DNA from: an uncultured Pseudomonadota bacterium
GTDB taxonomy: Bacteria > Pseudomonadota > Alphaproteobacteria > Rs-D84
Reading direction: 5' to 3'
Assembly: GCA_949288265.1 (NCBI GenBank)
Contig: CASEJM010000009.1
Coordinates: 1 to 40,463, forward strand
DNA: 40,463 bases
Shown: piece by piece, positions 28,251 through 37,013 of the stretch
Numbering within the stretch: position 1 is the first letter of the stretch
Layout: the number at the start of each line of letters is the position of its first letter
Translations under genes and position numbers: made by a program
The notes under the pieces: model-generated
What the model saw: only the letters and a program-made list of their open reading frames with translations
Told to the model about the DNA's origin: nothing
Database searches by the model: none

Positions 28251-31200
28251 ATGTCTAAAATATTACGATATTTAGCTTGTTTATTTATGTTAATTTTTGT
28301 TGGTAAAGCACTGGCTGCAGGGTACGATTGTCCAGATTATAAGAAATATACTTCTTGTAAGTCTGGATATTACATTTCTGATTGTGGAACCTCTGGTTGG
28401 ACTGGTCAAACAATATCTTCAAGTAGTTTAACAAAAGGAAACTCATGTATAGCTTGTCCAAGTGATTACGAGTGTTCTGGGCAGTTGACTTGCCCAAAGG
28501 GCTCATCAATTACGTGTTCGCCCGGATATTATTTACCGGCAAATTCTACCACTTGTACAGCATGCGGAGATAATAACCATTATTGCCCAGGTGGGGATTT
28601 TTCTCAGTCTAGTAGTAGTCAAGGTAGGTACACTGTAGATTCTGGTTATTATTCTACGGGTGGGTCATCAACAACACGTACGGGGCAAAGTCAATGTACT
28701 GGTTCGACATATTGTTCGTCTGGTGTACAATATAATTGCCCCTCAGAGACAAGCGGTTGGTTGCGTGGAACAGGCACTGGTTGGACAAGTTATACCCAAT
28801 GCTATCAAACAAAAGAGTCTGGTGTTTATTGTATAGATGGTTTGTTAAAACAAACAGCTATAAGTTCTTCGTCTTGGGGAACAGCGACTGTAGATGTTCC
28901 TTTTGTGGCAGATGAAGGTGCGTACGTATCTGGTTCTGGTGCAAATACAACGTGTGAGAAATGTCCAAGTTTAACATATAGTTCTGGGGGAACCGTAACT
29001 TCATGTGAAGATGTGGACGTGGGTTACTATTCTACGGGTTGTAGTTCTAGCGGTGATTATTGTACAGGGCAATCGCAATGTCCATCTGGATATCGTGATA
29101 TCGCAGCAACTTCTCAGAACGAATGCGTCGGAACATTCCAAAAACTTGGTGAACAAATTGTACCTGATATGCAGACGGGATGTGAAAATCGTACGTTAAC
29201 GTCGTGCAATCCTGGAACTTGTGATTATACAAAGAAATATAGCGGTACAATTGTTTCAGACTGTACACCAACAAATTGTACCCAAGGCCAAACGTGTACT
29301 TATGCCAGTGAAGATTATTATCTAGATAGCGGTGTGGCCAAATCATGCAGAAGTTTAAACAGTAGTTATCCTTATTCAGATGGTGGAAATATAGCATATG
29401 GCCGCTGTTATTACTGGAAGACCGTATATGGTGATCAAATACCTTGCGCTACACCTAGTGGGTGTTCTGGGGTAACATGTAATAGTTGTACACCGGGAAG
29501 TTGTCAGTATAAATATCATAGAACTGGGGCTGATGATGTATGTACCCCAAGTGATTGTCAGCAAGAAGGTATACTTACTGTTACCGTTGGTGCTGGATAT
29601 TATGTAAAAGCGAATGCGGCTTCTTGCACAGCGTGTGGCGGTAATAATTATTATTGCCCTGGCGGAACATATGATTTGTCTAGCAGTATACAGGGGCGTA
29701 AAACTGTAAGTTCCGGCTATTATTCAACTGGTGGTACTTCAACAACGCGTACCAATCAGTCTCTGTGTGAAGCTGGGTATTATTGCTCAAGTGGTGTTAG
29801 GAATCCTTGTAGTGGTTCATTAGAATATCAAAATTCAACCGGACAAACTTCATGTAAAACCGTAAGTACTGGGTATTATAAAAACAGTAATTCATCTCAA
29901 TTGCAATGTCCATCTGGATATCGTGATATCGCTGCAACTTCTAAGAACGAATGTCTTGGAACATTCCAAAAGACAGGTACTGAACAAACGCCTGCTATGC
30001 AAACAGGGTGCGAGAATCGTACACTGACGTCGTGTAATCCTGGAACTTGTGATTATACAAAGAAATATAGCGGTACAATTGTTTCAGATTGTACACCAAC
30101 AAACTGTACCAAAGACCAGACATGTACTTATGTTAGTGAAAATTATTATCTGGATGATGGCGTAGCTAAATTGTGTAGCAGTATGGATAGTAATTATCCT
30201 TATTCAGATGGTGGAAATATAGAGTATGGTCGTTGTTATTATTGGAAGACTGTGTATGGGGAGCAAACGCCTTGTTCTGTTCCTAGTGGATGTTATAGTG
30301 CATCATGCGGTACTTGCAATCCTGGAAGTTGCGAGTATAAATATCATAAAACTGGGGCTGATGATGTATGTACTCCAAATGATTGTCAGCAACCTTTAAA
30401 TTCTGTTTCGGCAAAAGCTGGACGCTATGTAAGTGGTAAAACTTGTCCTCTTTGTGACGTTGGGACGTTCCAAGGTACAAATGGTTCAACTGCAACAAGT
30501 TGTCAGGTTTGTTCTGGTAATACATATGCTGCGTCTCAGGGTGCAACAAGTTGTACATCTTGTCCGTCAAGCTATACAATTAGTGGGACAACGGCCGCGG
30601 CACATGATGAGAAGTCTGATTGTGTAATAACTTGTGCGGCGGGTACCCAGGTCGTTACGGCAGATGCAACGTGTACAACACCTGCGGATAGTTGGTATTC
30701 AGCTCAACATACTGTTTCAGCAGGTTCTACTTCTGGTACAAATGTAAAAGATTGTTTAACAAATTATTATACACCAAGTACTACATTAAGTACGGATCAT
30801 GATGCATCATCTGATTGTAAAATTTCTTGTGGTGCGGGTACAAGAATAACATCTGTAAATGCAACCAGTTGTACAACACCATCAGGAAACTGGTATATTG
30901 GTGCGCATTCTGTTTCTCAGGGAAGTATAAGTTCTGTTAACACTTGCTTATCAAATTATACAATAACTGGTACTGCAGCCGGGGATCATGATCAAGCAAG
31001 TGATTGTAAAATATCTTGTGCTGGTGGTTCTTATTTGGCGACGGCAAACAGCACTTCATGTTCTGCTGTTGGTGCGGGGTATTGGGCAGCTGCTTCAGTC
31101 GTTTCACAAGGTAGTGCAGGAGTGCGTAATTCGTGTGATTCCGGACTGACTACCATAGGGTTTGGTGCCGGTGCAGATGAAGCCGGGGACTGTGGGCGTG

Positions 31201-31379
31201 TATTAAATGTTAATGGTGGAAAGATTTATTTACGTAGTGACAAAAAGACGACGCCTTCTTTGAATGTAAGCATTAATGGGACTACGTTCTATGGTAATAT
31301 GGGTGCTTCAACTATAGGTTCGCTAAAGATAAATTCAGGGGGGGTAACATATTCCGTATACGATGAAAGTATGGAATAA
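28251..31379 (+). CDS. Large secreted Cys/Ser/Thr/Gly-rich repeat protein (1042 aa)
   Basis: Signal peptide ending ALA; repeated CxxGYY, CxxC and YCPGG modules; GCC2/GCC3-like stretch CPLCDVGTFQ..SCQVCSGNTY..SCTSCP; Cys-free beta-rich C-terminal tail. Confidence 0.9.
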   Translation: MSKILRYLACLFMLIFVGKALAAGYDCPDYKKYTSCKSGYYISDCGTSGWTGQTISSSSLTKGNSCIACPSDYECSGQLTCPKGSSITCSPGYYLPANSTTCTACGDNNHYCPGGDFSQSSSSQGRYTVDSGYYSTGGSSTTRTGQSQCTGSTYCSSGVQYNCPSETSGWLRGTGTGWTSYTQCYQTKESGVYCIDGLLKQTAISSSSWGTATVDVPFVADEGAYVSGSGANTTCEKCPSLTYSSGGTVTSCEDVDVGYYSTGCSSSGDYCTGQSQCPSGYRDIAATSQNECVGTFQKLGEQIVPDMQTGCENRTLTSCNPGTCDYTKKYSGTIVSDCTPTNCTQGQTCTYASEDYYLDSGVAKSCRSLNSSYPYSDGGNIAYGRCYYWKTVYGDQIPCATPSGCSGVTCNSCTPGSCQYKYHRTGADDVCTPSDCQQEGILTVTVGAGYYVKANAASCTACGGNNYYCPGGTYDLSSSIQGRKTVSSGYYSTGGTSTTRTNQSLCEAGYYCSSGVRNPCSGSLEYQNSTGQTSCKTVSTGYYKNSNSSQLQCPSGYRDIAATSKNECLGTFQKTGTEQTPAMQTGCENRTLTSCNPGTCDYTKKYSGTIVSDCTPTNCTKDQTCTYVSENYYLDDGVAKLCSSMDSNYPYSDGGNIEYGRCYYWKTVYGEQTPCSVPSGCYSASCGTCNPGSCEYKYHKTGADDVCTPNDCQQPLNSVSAKAGRYVSGKTCPLCDVGTFQGTNGSTATSCQVCSGNTYAASQGATSCTSCPSSYTISGTTAAAHDEKSDCVITCAAGTQVVTADATCTTPADSWYSAQHTVSAGSTSGTNVKDCLTNYYTPSTTLSTDHDASSDCKISCGAGTRITSVNATSCTTPSGNWYIGAHSVSQGSISSVNTCLSNYTITGTAAGDHDQASDCKISCAGGSYLATANSTSCSAVGAGYWAAASVVSQGSAGVRNSCDSGLTTIGFGAGADEAGDCGRVLNVNGGKIYLRSDKKTTPSLNVSINGTTFYGNMGASTIGSLKINSGGVTYSVYDESME
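29075..30392 (+). repeat. Intragenic direct repeat, two copies of about 490 bp (29075-29564 and 29903-30392)
   Basis: Both copies start GCAATGTCCATCTGGATATCGTGATATCGC and end GATTGTCAGCAA; offset 828 bp at both ends. Confidence 0.92.
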
Positions 31380-31400
31380 TTTAAAAGAATCTTTATTTGA

Positions 31401-31433
31401 ATTAAAAAACGCGCAATTTGCGCGTTTTTTAAT
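31401..31433. terminator. Bidirectional terminator
   Basis: ATTAAAAAACGCGCAA-T-TTGCGCGTTTTTTAAT. Confidence 0.85.
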
Positions 31434-31647
31434 GTTTTTCGCCTTGGTGTCTTGCCGCATTAAGTGCCATACGAAGTGATTGTTCTGCAACTTGTCGAAT
31501 CTTCTGAGAAAAAGTACGTAAATTCAATGTGTCAGCAACGTTATCGGCAAAAATTTGAGATATATATTCAATTTGAGTTGGCGCAATTATAAATACTTCA
31601 CTGGTAATATTTGCTGGATTTAGGCGCCTTGCCGTTGATTCACGCAT
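31429..31647 (-). CDS. Small hypothetical protein (72 aa)
   Basis: Perfect SD AGGAGG upstream of ATG; stop codon lies within the terminator. Confidence 0.65.
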   Translation of the reverse strand: MRESTARRLNPANITSEVFIIAPTQIEYISQIFADNVADTLNLRTFSQKIRQVAEQSLRMALNAARHQGEKH

Positions 31648-31726
31648 TTTTTAACCTCCTAAACTTAATATTTTTTATAATTTAATACTTGTTTGTCTGT
31701 TCATTTGCATTATATCATAAAGTACC

Positions 31727-31755
31727 TTGACCGCAAGGCTCAAAATTGCTATACC
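31727..31755 (+). promoter_or_regulatory. Sigma70 promoter of secA
   Basis: TTGACC, 17 bp, TG-C-TATACC. Confidence 0.6.
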
Positions 31756-31782
31756 TTTCAAGGAAAAGACAAGGATTTTAGT

Positions 31783-34392
31783 ATGTTAAAAAATGTAATT
31801 GCAAAATTGTTGGGCTCTGCCAATGATAGACTTGTTAAGTCATACGATAAAGTTGTTTCTTTAATTAATGATTTGGAACCTAAATATCATGCAATGTCTG
31901 ATGAAGAACTGCGGGCACAAACGGAAATTTTACGTAAACGTTTGGCAGACGGTGAAAAAGAAAAAAATATCTTACCAGATGCTTTCGCAATTGTTAGAGA
32001 GGCGTCCATTCGTTCAATTGGTTTGCGCCACTTTAATGTTCAGTTGATTGGTGGTATGGTTTTAAATAATGGGCAAATTGCGGAAATGAAAACAGGTGAA
32101 GGAAAAACGCTTGTTGCAACACTTGCTTTGTATTTAAAGGCTTTGCATGGTAAGGGTGCGCATTTAATTACTGTAAATGACTATCTTGCCTCTCGTGATG
32201 CAGAGTGGATGGGACAAGTATATCGTTTCTTGGGCATGTCGGTTGGTATAATTCAACATGACATGACAGATGACGAACGTAGAAATGCGTATGCTTGTGA
32301 TATCACATATGTTACAAATTCAGAGTTGGGATTTGATTATCTGCGTGATAATATGAAATTCTCTAAAGCACAGCAGGTTTTACGCCCACTTTTCTACGCC
32401 ATAGTTGATGAGGTGGATAGTATATTAATTGATGAGGCGCGTACACCGTTGATTATTTCTGGTCCTGCCGAAGATACCAGTGAATTATACGAAAAGGTAG
32501 ACGCGGTCGTCGCAAGGTTGTCGTCAGAAGATTACAAGAAAGATGAAAAAGATCGTCACGTTACTTTGACAGAAAGCGGGGTTGATAGTGCAACACGCAT
32601 GTTAAAAGATGCAGGATTGCTTATCGGAGATAACCTATATGCATCAGAAAATGCAGCGTTGGTTATGCATATTCAGCAATCTTTATTGGCACACCATCTT
32701 TATCAAAAGAATGTAAATTATGTTGTACGAGATGGTGAAATCCTTATTGTGGATGAATTTACCGGACGTGTAATGACCGGACGCAGATTTGGTAAGGGAC
32801 TACATCAAGCAATTGAAGCGAAAGAGCATGTAAAGGTTCAACCAGAAAATCAGACTGTGTCTAGTATTTCTTATCAGAATTTATTCCGTTTATACCCTAC
32901 TTTGTCTGGTATGACAGGTACGGCTATGACTGAAGCAGCAGAATTTGAGGAAATTTACAAATTACGTGTTGTTTCTATTCCGACTAATCGTCCTGTGGCT
33001 CGTATTGATCATCATGACGAAATTTATCGTAATAAAGACGAAAAATATGACGCAATTATAAAGCAGATAGAAGACTGCATGAAACGTAAACAGCCGGTTT
33101 TGGTTGGTACCGTATCAATTGAAAAATCTGAGGAATTGGCAACAATTGTACGTAAAAAATTGGGTATAAATCCGGCGGTTTTAAATGCGAAACATCATGA
33201 ATCAGAGGCGAAAATTGTTGCCCAAGCTGGTGCACCAGGGGCTGTTACAATTGCAACTAATATGGCTGGTCGTGGTACCGACATTAAATTAGGTGGTAAT
33301 GCAGAGGAATTAATTGCAGAACTTGATCCAGAGGATTCTGATTTTGAGTCTAGAAAACAAGAAATTTATAACAGAATAGAAGCTAATAAAAAACAGGTTT
33401 TAGATGCTGGTGGATTGTATGTGATTGGTACAGAAAGACATGAGTCTCGTCGTATTGATAATCAGCTGCGTGGGCGTAGTGGACGTCAGGGTGACCCGGG
33501 GGATTCTAAATTTTTCTTGGCGTTGGATGATGATTTGATGCGTATTTTTGGTGCGGCTCGTTTACAGGGTATGTTAACTACTTTGGGGTTAAAACCAGGT
33601 GAAGCTATTACTCATCCATGGATAACGAAAGCTTTGGAAAAAGCGCAAAAGCGCGTAGAGGCAAGATACTTTGAATCTCGTAAAGAGCTTTTAAAATATG
33701 ACGACGTTATGAATGAACAACGTGGTGTTGTATATAAACAACGTGATGATTTAATGGTGTCAGAGGATTTGACTTCATTGGCACATGAAATGATTGGCGA
33801 CGTTATAGAAATGATTTGCGAAAATAATATTCCAGAAAAATCTCATCAAGCTGATTGGAATATAAAAGGTATTCATGATGCGATGCTTCGTACGTTCGCG
33901 TTAGATATAACGGATATAGAAAAGTGGAAAACTGATGAAACCGTATCAGAACGTAGAGCTTATGAAATTTTGCATAATTTGGCAATGCGTCGTTATCAGA
34001 ATCAGGCTGAAAAGTATGGACCAGAATTAATGCAAATGGCTTCTCGGCAAATGATGTTAGGGGCATTGGATTCTGTATGGAAACGTCATTTGCAGCAAAT
34101 GGATTATTTACAAACCGCCATAGGATTGCGTGGGTACGCTCAAAAAAATCCTTTGTACGAATATAAACGCGAGGCATTAGAATTATTCAGAAATACGATA
34201 AACAATTTTAAAATAATGTCCGTTTCTTACATATGCAGAATGGAATTGACGCGTGAAGATATTGCTGCAACCGAAAAAGAACGTGCACAACATGATGCCG
34301 CGTTGAATGATGCTGGCGAGGCTCGTCGTAATGCCCCCTGCCCGTGCGGTTCTGGGTTAAAGTATAAGCATTGTTGCGGTAAACTGAAATAA
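31783..34392 (+). CDS. secA: Preprotein translocase SecA
   Basis: EMKTGEGKT, TVNDYLA, DEVDSILIDEARTPLIISG, TNMAGRGTDI, ESRRIDNQLRGRSGRQGDPG, SEC-C CPCGSGLKYKHCC; ATG after AAGGA. Confidence 0.99.
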   Translation: MLKNVIAKLLGSANDRLVKSYDKVVSLINDLEPKYHAMSDEELRAQTEILRKRLADGEKEKNILPDAFAIVREASIRSIGLRHFNVQLIGGMVLNNGQIAEMKTGEGKTLVATLALYLKALHGKGAHLITVNDYLASRDAEWMGQVYRFLGMSVGIIQHDMTDDERRNAYACDITYVTNSELGFDYLRDNMKFSKAQQVLRPLFYAIVDEVDSILIDEARTPLIISGPAEDTSELYEKVDAVVARLSSEDYKKDEKDRHVTLTESGVDSATRMLKDAGLLIGDNLYASENAALVMHIQQSLLAHHLYQKNVNYVVRDGEILIVDEFTGRVMTGRRFGKGLHQAIEAKEHVKVQPENQTVSSISYQNLFRLYPTLSGMTGTAMTEAAEFEEIYKLRVVSIPTNRPVARIDHHDEIYRNKDEKYDAIIKQIEDCMKRKQPVLVGTVSIEKSEELATIVRKKLGINPAVLNAKHHESEAKIVAQAGAPGAVTIATNMAGRGTDIKLGGNAEELIAELDPEDSDFESRKQEIYNRIEANKKQVLDAGGLYVIGTERHESRRIDNQLRGRSGRQGDPGDSKFFLALDDDLMRIFGAARLQGMLTTLGLKPGEAITHPWITKALEKAQKRVEARYFESRKELLKYDDVMNEQRGVVYKQRDDLMVSEDLTSLAHEMIGDVIEMICENNIPEKSHQADWNIKGIHDAMLRTFALDITDIEKWKTDETVSERRAYEILHNLAMRRYQNQAEKYGPELMQMASRQMMLGALDSVWKRHLQQMDYLQTAIGLRGYAQKNPLYEYKREALELFRNTINNFKIMSVSYICRMELTREDIAATEKERAQHDAALNDAGEARRNAPCPCGSGLKYKHCCGKLK

Positions 34393-34421
34393 AAAGTCCG
34401 CTTTAAGCGGACTTTTTATTT
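34387..34421. terminator. Bidirectional terminator between secA and pfk
   Basis: AAATAAAAAGTCCGCTT-T-AAGCGGACTTTTTATTT. Confidence 0.85.
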
Positions 34422-35495
34422 TGTTTCGCCTATATAAATTCCCATGTGTGTTGCAATGTCTAATAGCGGGTTTTCGGGTGAGACATAGGCGTCTGATGTT
34501 TTAACATTCGGTATATTAGGATCTGAAGTGATAGAACCCGATTCAAAAAACTTTTGCAGGCTGACAGTTTTACACTGACAGTCTTTTATTGCTGTCATGA
34601 CATAGGTTTCATTATTTTCTATGGCATGTAAAGCACAGTCTGCCATTCGGGTCGCAAGAATTCTGTCTGATGCAGTAGTGTCGCCAACGCGTTGAGTGTG
34701 TTCCGGATATGCGGTACGATTTACTATTCCAGCCGCAGTTAGTTTCCTTGATATTATATCTGCTGGTCGACCAGAATGTCCCCGTAAAGAAACACCCTCG
34801 GACACAAGAATTATACCATAATCCGTAGGTGATTTTTTTATATGGTTTATAAGAGAATTTATATCAAATTTAATTTCTGGTATTAAAATTGCCGATGCAC
34901 CGATGGCAATGCCAGCGTTTAATGCAAGTTGACCACATTCACGCCCCATAGTTTGTGTTACGAACCATCGATGATGGCTTCGCGCGGTTAACATTAGTTG
35001 GTCGCAAAAAGAAGTTAATTGCTGAACGGCCGTATCAAAGCCAATGGTTTTATCCGTTAAAGGAATATCCATATCTATAGTCTTAGGAATGCAAACAAGC
35101 TGTAAATCAGAGTATATTTCACGATTGCACCATGCTAAGGATATACTGCCATTTCCGCCGATTAAAATCATCGCGTCAAGTTTTAATTCTACAAGCGATT
35201 TCCGCAATTGTTTATTAAATTTATCTAATTTTCCAGTTTTTGCGGCGGTTTCAAAATTTAATGCGTGTACGCGACCGTTGTGTAAAAAACTGCCTGCCAA
35301 ACGAGCCGATTCTATGGGTAAAGTACCATCGTTAAATTCAATTACTTGCGGAGGGTTTTCACACAAACCATCCGTACCATCTAAAATTCCAATTACCTTC
35401 CAACCAAGAAGAGATGCACCTTTATAAAGTCTTTGAATAACGGTGTTTAAACCAGAACAATCACCGCCCGTTGTCATAATACCAATTTTTTTCAT
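34416..35495 (-). CDS. pfkA: PfkA-family 6-phosphofructokinase (divergent)
   Basis: KKIGIMTTGGDCSGLN, IGGNGS, IPKTIDMD, TIGFDTA, SHHR..TMGR, ILIPE, VSEG, HTQRVG. Confidence 0.88.
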   Translation of the reverse strand: MKKIGIMTTGGDCSGLNTVIQRLYKGASLLGWKVIGILDGTDGLCENPPQVIEFNDGTLPIESARLAGSFLHNGRVHALNFETAAKTGKLDKFNKQLRKSLVELKLDAMILIGGNGSISLAWCNREIYSDLQLVCIPKTIDMDIPLTDKTIGFDTAVQQLTSFCDQLMLTARSHHRWFVTQTMGRECGQLALNAGIAIGASAILIPEIKFDINSLINHIKKSPTDYGIILVSEGVSLRGHSGRPADIISRKLTAAGIVNRTAYPEHTQRVGDTTASDRILATRMADCALHAIENNETYVMTAIKDCQCKTVSLQKFFESGSITSDPNIPNVKTSDAYVSPENPLLDIATHMGIYIGETK

Positions 35496-35610
35496 ATATT
35501 CCTCGTTTATCCAATAAATTATATCATAAATAAGTTGACAAAGAAATTATTTTTGCGATAATTTGTCCAAAGATTATATCGTTTTTAATAAGCAGCAGGA
35601 GAACATAGGC

Positions 35611-36747
35611 ATGGCAAATAATAATATGGGAAAAACCAAACGTTCTACAGATGAATTAATTAATACGGCAATTGCACAACAAAATGACTGGATGGAAAAT
35701 CGTCGTAATTTTGCACGACGTTTCTTAAAGACTTTAAATATTTTTGCTCGTCCTAACCCTAAAAAAGAGACCGAAGAATCAATTAATCCTGTGCTTAATG
35801 ATAATCATAAACGTCGTACAGGTTTGGCGGCTTATTGGTTTCCAATTTTATGTGCAATCGTTGTAGTTCTTATTGCTGTGTGGGTGGCTTTTTTCCATAA
35901 ATCAACACAAACGGTGGTGGTTATTCCTCCTGTTGCGGAACCTAGCATACAAGCTGTTGTAGAGACGCCCATTCCTACTTTTGATATTGTTCGTATAGAA
36001 CCAGAAGGAAATATTGTTGTTGCAGGACGTTGGTTGGCAAACAATAGCATTTCTATTGTTATAAATGGTGAAATCGTGGCAACAGAACGCACAGATAAAA
36101 ATGGTGAATTTGTTTATTCTCCAAATCGTAAATTTAATGCCGGTAATTATACAATTTCTTTGATTGGGGTTGAAGGTAGTGTAAAATCCGAAGAAAACGT
36201 TTTTGTTTATATTTCAGAACATGGGTACAAAAATTCAGTTTCATTATTAATGACAACGGATGGCAGTACTTTATTACAAGCCCCTACTATGCTGGCAGAT
36301 GGTGATTTGGTGGTTTCAAAGATTGATTATCTTGATACAGGACGAATCGTCGTTACAGGTGATTCTTTGCCTCGTTTGCGTGTATCGTTATCTTTAAATG
36401 ATAAGTATTTGGGATTTGCACGTGTATCTGATCATAAGCATTTTGGTTTGGGGGCAGACGTTGGCACATTAGAAACTGGGAAAGATTATAAGCTGACGGT
36501 CAAGTTACATGACGGTGACGGACGTACAATTGCAGAAATAAATCACGAATTTAAAATGCCAGAAATGACCGGCGATGATGATACTTATTATACTGTTAGA
36601 AAAGGTGATTGTTTGTGGATTATAGCACGTAATTTTTTACGTCGCGGGGTTTTGTTTAGTATAATTGCTGAAAGAAATGACATAAAAAATCCGGATTTAA
36701 TATTTCCTAAACAACTTTTACAAATACCTACAGACTCAAGTAAATAA
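35611..36747 (+). CDS. Membrane-anchored LysM-domain protein
   Basis: Single TM, PTFDIVRIEP.G..VVAGR Ig-like region, C-terminal LysM YTVRKGDCLW.IAR..IKNPDLIFP.Q; ATG after AGGAG. Confidence 0.88.
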   Translation: MANNNMGKTKRSTDELINTAIAQQNDWMENRRNFARRFLKTLNIFARPNPKKETEESINPVLNDNHKRRTGLAAYWFPILCAIVVVLIAVWVAFFHKSTQTVVVIPPVAEPSIQAVVETPIPTFDIVRIEPEGNIVVAGRWLANNSISIVINGEIVATERTDKNGEFVYSPNRKFNAGNYTISLIGVEGSVKSEENVFVYISEHGYKNSVSLLMTTDGSTLLQAPTMLADGDLVVSKIDYLDTGRIVVTGDSLPRLRVSLSLNDKYLGFARVSDHKHFGLGADVGTLETGKDYKLTVKLHDGDGRTIAEINHEFKMPEMTGDDDTYYTVRKGDCLWIIARNFLRRGVLFSIIAERNDIKNPDLIFPKQLLQIPTDSSK

Positions 36748-36777
36748 TTAATTTTTGATCTGGTTATCGAGAAACGA

Positions 36778-36801
36778 AAAAACGGGGAAGTTCCCCGTTT
36801 T
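36778..36801. terminator. Bidirectional terminator between the LysM gene and tRNA-Gly
   Basis: AAAACGGGGAA-G-TTCCCCGTTTT. Confidence 0.75.
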
Positions 36802-36811
36802 AATTTTTTAT

Positions 36812-36885
36812 TGGTGCGGGCGAAGGGAATCGAACCCTCGTCTTCAGCTTGGGAAGCTGACGTGCTACCATTATACCACGCCCGC
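36812..36885 (-). tRNA. tRNA-Gly (CCC)
   Basis: GCGGGCG/CGCCCGC acceptor stem, anticodon arm TCAGC-TTCCCAA-GCTGA, GGTTCGATTCC T-arm, encoded CCA; 74 nt. Confidence 0.97.
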
Positions 36886-37013
36886 AATAGATGGGGTGAT
36901 TTTATAACCTTAGAAAGAAAAAGTCCAGCACAAAACATCGTCATTTTTTATGGTTGCTTTTTTGTCTTTTCAGTTATACCGTTGTTTATGCATATATTAA
37001 GGGAGACTAAATT

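Noticed and set aside
29075-30392. DGR template/variable repeat pair or CRISPR array
   Set aside because: Both copies are in frame within one gene, differences are not adenine-specific, there is no RT, and there is no short repeat-spacer pattern.
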